DNA of 64,000 nt from an uncultured delta proteobacterium (GTDB lineage: Bacteria; Desulfobacterota; WTBG01; CAIYCZ01), in NCBI GenBank assembly GCA_963803975.1, contig CAWDOY010000014.1, positions 64,001 through 128,000 of the forward strand. Direction: 5' to 3'. The notes under the pieces are model-generated. The model searched no databases and was not told the origin of the DNA. It saw only the letters and a program-made list of their open reading frames with translations. Of the stretch, positions 54,725 to 63,803 are shown piece by piece (the stretch's first letter is position 1; each line of letters starts with the position of its first letter). The translations under genes were made by a program, and so were the position numbers.

Positions 54725-56083
54725 TCATTCAACAATCTCTCCCACCAGATCATAGGTAAGTCCGCTGGTAATTTTCACCTTCACAAATGACCCGGCCGCA
54801 GCACGACCTTCTTTTATATAGACCATCCCATCCACCTCCGGCGCCTGGAACACTGCCCTGCCCTGCAGCGCAAAGCCCTTTTTCTGCGACGGGCCTTCAA
54901 CCAGCACTTCTATTTGTTGTCCTGTCCGTGCGCGGTTTTTCTTGCGCGAGATTTTTGCCTGCAGGCTCATGATGGCGTGATAGCGCTCTTCTTTAATTTT
55001 CTCCGGAACCTTGGGCAAGAGTTTTGACGCAGGGGTTCCTTCCTCGTCCCGGTAGCGAAAAACCCCCAGGTGCTCAAATTCAAATTCAGCAACAAATTTT
55101 AAGAGGGATGAGAAGTCCCGCTTTGTCTCCCCGGGGAACCCGACCATAAAGGTGGTGCGCAGGGAAATGTCCGGCACCTTCTCCCGCAGGGCGTAGAGAA
55201 GCTTTTCAATGCGCTGCCCGGTTATCCTCCGGCCCATGCGCTTCAGAACCGGGTCGCTTATGTGCTGCAGGGGAAGATCGAGATAGCTGCAGATTTTCTG
55301 TTCTGCGGCAAGCAGGGAAATTAATGCATCAGTGATTGTCAGGGGATGGCAGTACAGAAGGCGCAGCCAGGTTATATCGGGAATGCGCACGAGCTTTTTT
55401 AACAGCGCGGCCAAATCGTCTTTTTGCCCGCGCTCCAGACCATACCGGGTTGTGTCCTGGGCAATGAGATTGATTTCCTTTACGCCCATTGCCGCAAGGT
55501 TTTTAACTTCCGCGACGATTGAGCGGGGCGTGCGGCTTACATACGGCCCGCGGATTTTGGGAATAGTGCAGTAGGTGCAGCAATGAGAGCAGCCCTCGGC
55601 AATTTTTACATACGCGGTGTAGCGGGGCGTTGCAAGAATGCGGGGCGTAGCAGGGTTTAAAAGATACGTTGCATGATCAGTAAAAATTTTTGCTTTTTGT
55701 TGTCCAGCTTCCAGTTTTTTTATGTAGCGGGCAATGTGCTGAAATTCTCCAGTGCCGATAAAAAGATCAACTTCCGGCAGCTCCTGCACAAGGCTCTCTT
55801 TATATCTCTGGGGCAGGCAGCCGCACACAACGAGATATTGGCAGGCGCCTCGTTTCTTCTCCTCGGCCAGAGATAGAATGGTTTCTATGGCCTCCCTGGT
55901 TGCCTCTTCAATAAAAGCGCAGGTGTTTACTATAATAATGTCTGCAGCTTTTCTGTCCGGAGTCAGCACATGGCCGGCCTGTACCAGAACTCCCTGGATG
56001 ACTTCGCTGTCGACCAGGTTTTTCGCGCATCCCAGGCTCACCAGATAAACGGAGCGGCTCGCGAGAGCAGGGTTTAATTCCAC
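54725..56083 (-). CDS. rimO: Ribosomal protein S12 methylthiotransferase
   Basis: SLGCAKNLVDSE, NTCAFI, KIAEGCSHCCTYC, APEVDG, C-terminal TRAM YDLVG. Confidence 0.95.
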   Translation of the reverse strand: MELNPALASRSVYLVSLGCAKNLVDSEVIQGVLVQAGHVLTPDRKAADIIIVNTCAFIEEATREAIETILSLAEEKKRGACQYLVVCGCLPQRYKESLVQELPEVDLFIGTGEFQHIARYIKKLEAGQQKAKIFTDHATYLLNPATPRILATPRYTAYVKIAEGCSHCCTYCTIPKIRGPYVSRTPRSIVAEVKNLAAMGVKEINLIAQDTTRYGLERGQKDDLAALLKKLVRIPDITWLRLLYCHPLTITDALISLLAAEQKICSYLDLPLQHISDPVLKRMGRRITGQRIEKLLYALREKVPDISLRTTFMVGFPGETKRDFSSLLKFVAEFEFEHLGVFRYRDEEGTPASKLLPKVPEKIKEERYHAIMSLQAKISRKKNRARTGQQIEVLVEGPSQKKGFALQGRAVFQAPEVDGMVYIKEGRAAAGSFVKVKITSGLTYDLVGEIVE

Positions 56084-57048
56084 GAATCTCCTTTTTCAAA
56101 GTCCGGCAGAAACTCGCCGTTTATCTCTTCGTATTCCTGCAGCCAGCCGTTCTCAAAACCCAGTGCTGTCAAGGTTTCGATGGCGCGCTCATATTCCTCA
56201 GGGGAGGTTCTTTTGCTTATCTCTTTATGCTGGTGAGCTTTATGCGCGGGCAGATACTGGCACATAAGGCTGATATGCACATCAGCGCCAAGATGAGATT
56301 TAATTCTCTCCAGCACCTCTTGCGTGCCGGCGATATTTTCCGGAAGCACCAGGTGCCGGATGATAAGCCCGCGCACGGCAATGCCGTGTTCATCTAACAC
56401 CAGGGGGCCGACCTGGGCATACATTTCCTTGAGCGCCGCCAGGTTAATTTGAGAGTAATCTTTTGCCTGCGAATATTTTTTAGCCAGGGCATCATTAGCA
56501 TATTTTGCGTCAGGAAGATATATATCAACGACTCCCGAGAGCAGCTTCAGGGTTTCAAGTGATTCATAGCCGTTTGAATTATAGACCAGAGGAAGCGATA
56601 GCCCTTCAGCGGCTGCAATGCAGAGGGCCTCTACGATGTGCGGCAGGAAGTGCGTCGGCGAGACGAGGCTGATATTGTGGCACCCCGCTTTCTGCAGGGA
56701 AAGCATCTTCTGCGCAAGCGCTTCAACGGTGAGCTTTTCACCGAGACCTTCCTGGCTGATCTGATAATTCTGACAGAAGCAGCACGTGAGATGGCAGTGG
56801 CTGAAAAAAATGGTGCCCGCGCCCCGGGTACCCGACAGAACCGGCTCTTCACCAAAATGAGCAAGTGCTTTAGCGACCTTCAATTCACCGGGTGCCTGAC
56901 ACTTTCCGCGCTGACCGCTGGTGCGGTCAGCGCCGCATTGCCAGGGGCAGAGCCGGCATGAGGAAAACAGCTGCCATAACAGCTCAGCACGCTTGCGCAG
57001 GATTCCCGCGTCATGAAGTTGTTTATAGCCGGGTAATGTGGTATACAT
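56074..57048 (-). CDS. PflX-like radical SAM protein
   Basis: CRLCPWQC, HFGEEP, CHLTCCFCQN, RHLVLP. Confidence 0.85.
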   Translation of the reverse strand: MYTTLPGYKQLHDAGILRKRAELLWQLFSSCRLCPWQCGADRTSGQRGKCQAPGELKVAKALAHFGEEPVLSGTRGAGTIFFSHCHLTCCFCQNYQISQEGLGEKLTVEALAQKMLSLQKAGCHNISLVSPTHFLPHIVEALCIAAAEGLSLPLVYNSNGYESLETLKLLSGVVDIYLPDAKYANDALAKKYSQAKDYSQINLAALKEMYAQVGPLVLDEHGIAVRGLIIRHLVLPENIAGTQEVLERIKSHLGADVHISLMCQYLPAHKAHQHKEISKRTSPEEYERAIETLTALGFENGWLQEYEEINGEFLPDFEKGDSWN

Positions 57049-57176
57049 AAAAAAATTATAGGTGCCAGAGCACCTGATGTCAATTCTGAAAACAGCAATA
57101 CCGTGCCGACGGGCTTTTTCGCTTCCAAATAACGGCGCGTAAGCACAGCACCCAACCGCCCCTTAATTGTTTCTTT

Positions 57177-58034
57177 ATGAGCTATCGGATTATAGTATTA
57201 GTAAAGCAGGTGCCGGATACCAAAGCAATTTCTTCTAAGGCGATGAATCCGGACGGTACCCTCAATAGAAGCGCACTCCCGGCCATCTTTAATCCGGAAG
57301 ATTTGCATGCCCTGGAAGCAGGATTACAGCTCAGGGAGCGCTACGGGGGAATAGTTACCGTCATCACCATGGGGCCTCCGTCAGCAGCAGAGGTGCTCAG
57401 AGAGTCTCTCTACCGGGGAGCAGACGAAGTAATTCTCTTAACCGACCGTCAGTTTGCCGGCTCTGATACCCTTGCCACCTCTTATATATTAAGCCGGGCC
57501 ATCAGCAAGACCGGGCACTATGATATTATTTTATGCGGTCGGCAGGCAATAGATGGGAATACTGCACAGGTGGGTCCCCAGGTTGCGGAAAAGCTCGGGC
57601 TGCCGCAGATAACCTCTGTTGAAGAAATAGTACAAATTGACAGCGGAAAAATCTCGGCCTGGAAAGTGGTAGAACGGGGTAAGGAGCTTTTAGAAGTTCC
57701 CCTGCCTGCGGTTCTCACCGTTGTTGACACTGCCGGCAAACCCCGGCCTCCGTCAGCAAAAAAAATCATGCGCTTTAAAAAAGTAAAAGCATTCGGAGAG
57801 GCAACGCCCGAAGAGGCGCAGGCATTAAAAGAACGGGGACTGCTTATTCGAGAATGGAATGCAGAGCAGATAGGCGCCGATCTTTCCCGGTGCGGGATTC
57901 AAGGCTCACCAACGAAAGTACAGAAGATTAAAAAAGTAGTACTGAAGGCAAAAGACATTAAACAGTATGCGGCAACAGATGAGAGCCTCTCGCAGTTGTT
58001 GCAGGAGCTGATACAGGAGCATACGTTTGATTGA
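57177..58034 (+). CDS. etfB: Electron transfer flavoprotein beta subunit
   Basis: KQVPDT, NPED, MGPP, GSDTLATS, GRQAIDG, GSPT. Confidence 0.93.
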   Translation: MSYRIIVLVKQVPDTKAISSKAMNPDGTLNRSALPAIFNPEDLHALEAGLQLRERYGGIVTVITMGPPSAAEVLRESLYRGADEVILLTDRQFAGSDTLATSYILSRAISKTGHYDIILCGRQAIDGNTAQVGPQVAEKLGLPQITSVEEIVQIDSGKISAWKVVERGKELLEVPLPAVLTVVDTAGKPRPPSAKKIMRFKKVKAFGEATPEEAQALKERGLLIREWNAEQIGADLSRCGIQGSPTKVQKIKKVVLKAKDIKQYAATDESLSQLLQELIQEHTFD

Positions 58035-58124
58035 TTGGGGAAGCAGACAGGTGTTGGCGAGAAGGTTATAGAAGCAGCGACTATCTGCGCAGATCAGCGT
58101 CCAAATAAAATTATTTTAAAAAGC

Positions 58125-59147
58125 ATGAAAACAGACGGCGAAGTCTGGGTATATATCCAGCGGCAGGGCCAAGAGATAGCAGAAGCATCACTGGAAATTT
58201 TCAGCAAGGGAAAAGACCTGGCCAAACAGTTGGCGGTCCCGGTTGCAGCGGTGGTTCTGGGAGCTGAAGCGCAGCAGGTTGCTGAAACCATGTCACGCTA
58301 CGGAGCGCACAAGGTCTATCTCCTGCAGGCCCCGCAGTTTGAACAGTATACCACACTCCCGCAGGCACGGGCTATTACCCGACTGGTTAAACAGTACCAG
58401 CCCGCTATTTTTCTGCTTGCTGCAACACCCCAGGGCCGGGACCTTGCTCCACGGCTTGCCTCAGCCCTTGGCGTCGGGCTGACCGCAGACTGCACTGACC
58501 TCAGGATCGGCACTTATGCTGACCCCAAAACGAAACAGAAGCATGCCAATCTGCTGCTGCAGATCAGGCCGGCCTGGGGCGGGAACCTCATCGCCACTAT
58601 CGTCAATCCGGAAACACGGCCGCAGATGGCAACGGTTCGCGAGGGCATTATGCGGCTTCCCGAACAGCAGAACAGCGGCACAGCTGAAATTATTACTATC
58701 CCGTCCAATGTCAGCAGCGAAGACCTCCTCCCCCGGATTATAGGCCAGCAGATAACTGAGCGGAGAGTTAATTTAAAACAGGCTAAAATAATAGTTTCCG
58801 GAGGAGCCGGCGTCGGGACCAAAGAGAAATTTCACCTCATTCACCAGCTGGCCCAGGTGCTGGGAGCGGAAGTTGGCGCAACCCGGGCAGCAGTAGATGC
58901 CGGTTTCATAGACCACGACCATCAGGTCGGGCAGACCGGAACCACGGTACGACCAAAGCTCTATATTGCCTGCGGCATCTCTGGAACGATACAGCATTTG
59001 GCCGGCATGGAAGAATCCGGGAAAATACTGGCCATTAACACCGATGCCGAAGCCCCGATTTTCAGCGTTGCGCACTATGGCATAGTGGGTGACCTGCAAG
59101 ACGTTATTCCGGCATTGATACGATTATATAAAGCCCAGCGACCGTAG
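58125..59147 (+). CDS. etfA: Electron transfer flavoprotein alpha subunit
   Basis: GLTADC, RPQMATVR, QVGQTG, GISGTIQH. Confidence 0.93.
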   Translation: MKTDGEVWVYIQRQGQEIAEASLEIFSKGKDLAKQLAVPVAAVVLGAEAQQVAETMSRYGAHKVYLLQAPQFEQYTTLPQARAITRLVKQYQPAIFLLAATPQGRDLAPRLASALGVGLTADCTDLRIGTYADPKTKQKHANLLLQIRPAWGGNLIATIVNPETRPQMATVREGIMRLPEQQNSGTAEIITIPSNVSSEDLLPRIIGQQITERRVNLKQAKIIVSGGAGVGTKEKFHLIHQLAQVLGAEVGATRAAVDAGFIDHDHQVGQTGTTVRPKLYIACGISGTIQHLAGMEESGKILAINTDAEAPIFSVAHYGIVGDLQDVIPALIRLYKAQRP

Positions 59148-59153
59148 GGAGCC

Positions 59154-60884
59154 ATGAACTATTTTACTGATAATGAGGACCTGCAATTTATATTGGACAC
59201 CAGCGATCTTGCCGGAATAATAGAGATGCAGGAGCGCGGCTTTAGGGAAAAAGAGACGTATGATTATGCCCCGGCAGATATTGAGGATGCGCTTGACAGC
59301 TACAGAAAAATTCTGACCATCGCCGGCGATATTGCGGCCAATACCATCGCACCGCTCGGCGAGCGGATAGACCGGGAACCGAATAGTTTAGCGCAGGGCA
59401 AAGTCACCTATTCCCAGCCCATTAAAGACTGCCTGCGCGCACTCTCGCAGGCAGAGCTTATGGGCTGCGTCATCTCGCGGCAATACGGCGGACTGAACCT
59501 GCCCAATTTCATATTCACCATGCTGGTCGAGATCATATCCTGTGGTGATGCCAGCATCCAGAACATCTTTGGCCTGCAGGGCATTGCTGCTATTATTGAA
59601 ACATTTGGCGATGAAGGCACAAAGGCCCGTTATCTGCCCCTGCTTACGTCGGGCGCAGCCACCGGCGCTATGGCGCTTACTGAAGCAGAGGCAGGAAGCG
59701 ACCTGCAGAACATTAAAGCAAAAGCAGAGCAGGCAGCTGACGGCACGTGGAGGATCTCCGGCGTTAAGCGTTTTATAACCAACGGGAACGCAGACATTAT
59801 TCTGGTTCTTGCCCGCTCTGAGCCGGGCACTATTGATGGCCTGGGATTAAGCCTTTTTCTGTGTGAAGGCGATGATACCGTAGTTGTACGCCGGCTTGAG
59901 GATAAGCTCGGCATTCATGGATCCCCTACCTGTGAGCTGCAATTCACCGGCACCAGGGCCATTCTCATCGGTGAGCGGCAACGGGGTCTTGTTACCTATG
60001 TGCTGGCTCTTCTCAATGGTGCGCGGGTAGCAACGGCAGCCCAGGCAGTAGGCATTGCCCAGGCAGCATTTACTGCAGCTCGCAGCTTTGCCCACAGCAG
60101 AAAACAGTATGGACGAAGAATCGAAACTCTGCCGCCGGTAGCAGAGATGCTCACCAGCATGAAGATTGCAATTGAAGCCTCCCGGGCGCTTACCGGTGAA
60201 ACGGCCCGGATCCTTGATCTTTCGCAACTGACCGCGCAGCGGCTTGCAGCAGAAGACCTTGATAACAATACCAAAAAAGAGCTGCGCAAGGAGGCAAAGC
60301 AGCTTGAAAGGCTTACCATGCTGCTTACCTCTCTGGCCAAGTACTATACTTCCGAGATGAGTGTCTGGGTAACACGGGATGCACTGCAGGTGCTGGGCGG
60401 AAGCGGCTATATGAGAGATTACCCGGTTGAGCGGTATTACCGCGACGCCCGCATCACCACTATCTATGAGGGAACGTCGCAGCTGCAGGTTCAGGGCGCT
60501 TTCAGGGGCATACTCAGCGGCACCCTGGAAAAATATTTTGCAGACCTGAGCGTGCAGGGATTTCCTCGCCCTCAGGCCAGCCTGGTAAAAAAGCTGGAGC
60601 GCTGGAGAAAAACCCTTGCCCGTTCTGTTGAGCAGCTCAACCGCAAAAAAGACGCGCAGCTGCTTGAGTTGTATGCGCGGCCGGTAGTGGATATGGGTGT
60701 TGAAATTCTCATGGGATACCTGTTGTTAAGACAAGCGCAGGCGTCTTCCCGCAAATTGAAGATAACAAAAATGTATCTTAACGAACGAGCACCCTTGATA
60801 GGGATGCGGGCTGACATTATCAGGCACGGCAGCAAGCACTGCATAAAAGACTATGAACTTATCGTCGGAGCGGCAGTTATATAG
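59154..60884 (+). CDS. Acyl-CoA dehydrogenase
   Basis: ALTEAEAGSDL, KLGIHGSPT, GGSGY, IYEGTSQLQ. Confidence 0.93.
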   Translation: MNYFTDNEDLQFILDTSDLAGIIEMQERGFREKETYDYAPADIEDALDSYRKILTIAGDIAANTIAPLGERIDREPNSLAQGKVTYSQPIKDCLRALSQAELMGCVISRQYGGLNLPNFIFTMLVEIISCGDASIQNIFGLQGIAAIIETFGDEGTKARYLPLLTSGAATGAMALTEAEAGSDLQNIKAKAEQAADGTWRISGVKRFITNGNADIILVLARSEPGTIDGLGLSLFLCEGDDTVVVRRLEDKLGIHGSPTCELQFTGTRAILIGERQRGLVTYVLALLNGARVATAAQAVGIAQAAFTAARSFAHSRKQYGRRIETLPPVAEMLTSMKIAIEASRALTGETARILDLSQLTAQRLAAEDLDNNTKKELRKEAKQLERLTMLLTSLAKYYTSEMSVWVTRDALQVLGGSGYMRDYPVERYYRDARITTIYEGTSQLQVQGAFRGILSGTLEKYFADLSVQGFPRPQASLVKKLERWRKTLARSVEQLNRKKDAQLLELYARPVVDMGVEILMGYLLLRQAQASSRKLKITKMYLNERAPLIGMRADIIRHGSKHCIKDYELIVGAAVI

Positions 60885-61116
60885 CTTCTCTGATTAGCAC
60901 GGCAGGCCTCTTTAACAAGGCTGCGGCGCGGGAAGCGGCGTTAAGGCCGGGCTTTTGTCGCAGGCGGGATATTGACAGAGCGGGTTTTTTTAGTTAACAA
61001 ATTAAGAGTGAGCGCGCGCAGGAGCGTGTAATGGTTAGCCGTAACAGGACCGGCAGGCGCTAAGGCGGCACGGCACCATGGTCAGCAATGCAGTACGGCA
61101 GTGGTAAGGATACAGA

Positions 61117-61497
61117 ATGAATTTAATGACTTTTGAAGAGATGAAAAAAAGGTATGGAGGCGGAGAGGATTCTCTGGAACTTACCATCGAAAAATGGGCC
61201 CGCATCAAGCAGTTTTCAAACAAAGCTTTTCTCATCAGCCACTATCAGGATATACTGCGGGCAGCAGTAGTGCCCATTTTTCTTTGCACGGAATACGTTA
61301 ATCAATGCACCCTGTGTCCAATTTATGAAGTATGTCAACAGGGCCGATCAGATGAATGGATAACCGTAATGAGGGTAATCCAGGCGTATGCTATCGCGGG
61401 AGATCTTCTGCCCAAAGAGCCGTTCACGGGACACATCGAACAATTTCTGGGGAAAATTAATACGTGTCGAGAAGAAGCTGTGGTAAAGGCACATTAG
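61117..61497 (+). CDS. Hypothetical Cys-motif protein
   Basis: CTEYVNQCTLCPIYEVC; AAGGA RBS. Confidence 0.6.
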   Translation: MNLMTFEEMKKRYGGGEDSLELTIEKWARIKQFSNKAFLISHYQDILRAAVVPIFLCTEYVNQCTLCPIYEVCQQGRSDEWITVMRVIQAYAIAGDLLPKEPFTGHIEQFLGKINTCREEAVVKAH

Positions 61498-61597
61498 GAG
61501 CCGCTGGCATACGTTCTGCTCGGGCTGATGAACACAGGCAGCAGGTACCCAACGCGGTTGACCAACAACGCACCAACACGGTTTCTTGAAATAATCA

Positions 61598-61822
61598 ATG
61601 AGCGGGAAAACAGAATTAGCTAAACTGAAGAAACAACGCAAAGCAGATGAACTGGAGAACCTCTTTGACCAGTTTGATGAACAGCTGCATGCATTTGAAG
61701 AAAAAATTACCACGATTAAAAAAAGCATGGAACAGTTTGAAGCAAAAAAGATACTGGATGAAAATAATGTAGAAGAAGAAAAAATAGAAGCCCTTCACGA
61801 AGACGTAATAAGCCCCGGCTGA
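61598..61822 (+). CDS. Small acidic coiled-coil protein
   Basis: 74-aa E/K-rich ORF. Confidence 0.55.
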   Translation: MSGKTELAKLKKQRKADELENLFDQFDEQLHAFEEKITTIKKSMEQFEAKKILDENNVEEEKIEALHEDVISPG

Positions 61823-61923
61823 TTTTAACGCAGCAAAAGCCAATAATAAACCACCCACAACGACTCTCCCCCGGTTCCCTGGCAACCGTCGTCATCCTCC
61901 AAAACCATGATCAACAATTAAAT

Positions 61924-61971
61924 TTACAACATATGGTATTTTTTATTGACAAACCATACTATATTTAGTAA
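61924..61971 (+). promoter_or_regulatory. Tandem NrdR boxes bracketing a -35 TTGACA
   Basis: TTACAACATATGGTAT (61924) and ATACTATATTTAGTAA (61956), 32 bp apart; TTGACA at 61946. Confidence 0.7.
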
Positions 61972-62075
61972 ACAGCAAAATAACCGCAGGGTTAAAAAGA
62001 CAAAAAACAGTTAGGCAGGGGATTTTATTAAATCAGGAAAAATTAATTTAATTAAATGAAAAGGAGGGAAAAAGT

Positions 62076-62282
62076 ATGCCCGAGATACTGACCCCAAAAG
62101 AAGTCGCACATTATCTTAAAATGTCTGTGTTAACCGTTTACAAGCATGCAAAGGAAGGGGTTATTCCAGGCTTTAGAGTGGGGAATTCCTGGCGCTTTGA
62201 TAAAACCAAAATAGATGACCTGTTGATTGGTTCTCAAGGAAAAGAGGAATTAGCAGGACTGAGAAGCGCAACCATGAGATAG
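62076..62282 (+). CDS. Excisionase-like (HTH_17) DNA-binding protein
   Basis: ILTPKEVAHYLK..TVYK..G.IPGFRVGNSWRF; AAGGAGG RBS. Confidence 0.88.
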   Translation: MPEILTPKEVAHYLKMSVLTVYKHAKEGVIPGFRVGNSWRFDKTKIDDLLIGSQGKEELAGLRSATMR

Positions 62283-62537
62283 CGGTAAAAACCGCCTCTG
62301 CCGGGCAAGAAACCAGCACCTGCAAGCGGACCCGGTTTCTACCGGGGGAAGTCGTATCCCCTGAAGCGTTACCATGTACAGGGCACAGACTTGGTCCTCA
62401 GCGGGAAACCCGGAACACAGCGTCAAGAAGCTGCCGTTATATGAGACGGTATCTGCAACGCAGATGATTAATGTATCTCTATATAAGAGAGCCTTGCCCG
62501 ACAACGGACAAAAACAGGATTCAAAGGAAGGATAGAA

Positions 62538-62729
62538 ATGGCTCAGCTACGTAAAACAGCACCAATAAGCGATGAAGCAATAAGAGAGGATATCTGCAGC
62601 ACGCTGAGAATGTGGGATCAGTTTAATAAAATGGAAAAAGAAAAACAGGAGAGCCTGGTTGAATACTTGTTTGAATCATATGGGCATCTGTATCGTGCAG
62701 ATAATATAAGGATTGAAAAGACCCAATAA
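62538..62729 (+). CDS. Small hypothetical protein
   Basis: 63 aa; AAGGA RBS. Confidence 0.5.
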   Translation: MAQLRKTAPISDEAIREDICSTLRMWDQFNKMEKEKQESLVEYLFESYGHLYRADNIRIEKTQ

Positions 62730-62978
62730 GGGCTGCAGGCAACAGCAGCGCAGGGGTGCACAATTTAAATTAAACATATGCGGACGGTCTTTTACAGTAA
62801 TACCCCGCATCGGGCAGCATTGTTAATCAAGGGCAGGTTAAAGATAACGGGCAGAGGCCAACACAGGCTTTTGCCTTTTTTTGTGCAAGAAGGATGCGCA
62901 AAAAACTGGTATTAATAGAGTACCCATAGTATACAGCATATAGCAGCCAACGCACCGAGAATTTCAACAAAACAGACA

Positions 62979-63677
62979 ATGACAGGAAAAGGACTGCAGT
63001 ATTTGTCACCTCAGGGAGAGTGGCATTCCCTGCTTAAAACAGGAGCCACAGCCATCAATGTCTCCCTGTCTGAAGAGCAGGTGGAGCTTTTTTTTCTGTA
63101 TTGGAGAGAACTCCAGGAGTGGAACAGCTACACTAATATTACTGCTATTAGCAGCCTCAGGGACACTATCATTAAACATTTTTTAGATTCTTTAAGCGCT
63201 ATAGGGAGCATTCCCGGTTCCGGACGCCTGGCTGACATTGGTTCTGGAGGCGGGTTTCCCGGAATCCCGATAGCGATAGTACAGCCAGCTCTCAAGGTGG
63301 TCCTTATTGAGGCTGCGCGTAAAAAGGCAAATTTTTTGCGTCAGGCGGTGCGCGTTCTCGGCCTGAAGACGGCCGAGGTTTATCATGGGCGTGCTGAAAC
63401 ACTGAGCTTTAGCGAACGATTTGAGTGTATTGTGAGCAGAGCATTCTCAAGCATAGAGACGTTTTTAAAGATAAGCACGCCATTGCTTGCCGATGATGGG
63501 ATTATTATTGCCATGAAGGGAAAAGACATAGAACAGGAATTAAAGGAGGCAGAACAGGAAATAAAAAAGGCGCAGCTCATAATAGCAGAAGAAAGACATT
63601 TTGTGCTGCCCTTTCGCGGCGGCACACGCACCATTATAGTATTTAAGAGAAATGTTTCACGTGAAACATTGGCATAA
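62979..63677 (+). CDS. rsmG: 16S rRNA m7G527 methyltransferase
   Basis: NITAI, KHFLDSL, DIGSGGGFPGIP, SRAF, MKG. Confidence 0.95.
   Translation: MTGKGLQYLSPQGEWHSLLKTGATAINVSLSEEQVELFFLYWRELQEWNSYTNITAISSLRDTIIKHFLDSLSAIGSIPGSGRLADIGSGGGFPGIPIAIVQPALKVVLIEAARKKANFLRQAVRVLGLKTAEVYHGRAETLSFSERFECIVSRAFSSIETFLKISTPLLADDGIIIAMKGKDIEQELKEAEQEIKKAQLIIAEERHFVLPFRGGTRTIIVFKRNVSRETLA
63653..63668. promoter_or_regulatory. parS site
   Basis: Perfect TGTTTCACGTGAAACA. Confidence 0.92.
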
Positions 63678-63803
63678 AAATGCAGTGTTTTTATTTTGCA
63701 AAGACAGCGCTTTTATGATATGGTAACTCGAGTTTTGAGCACTATTAACCTTCTATTTTAGCTTATTTTTTTAAAGTCATTTACAGGAAAATCCCCAAAA
63801 ACC

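Noticed and set aside
52837..54801. CRISPR array (37-bp identical repeats)
   Set aside because: Intervals are ~0.8-1.1 kb and contain genes, the repeat is rimO coding sequence, and there are no cas genes.
47377..54832. Diversity-generating retroelement (Avd-like genes plus rimO repeats as TR/VR)
   Set aside because: No reverse transcriptase; differences between copies are not confined to adenines and are often synonymous.
62076..62282. Prophage/ICE excisionase module
   Set aside because: No integrase, att site or phage genes nearby; treated as a standalone regulator.
62281..62500. 6S RNA
   Set aside because: Pairing is multibranched rather than a rod with a central bubble.
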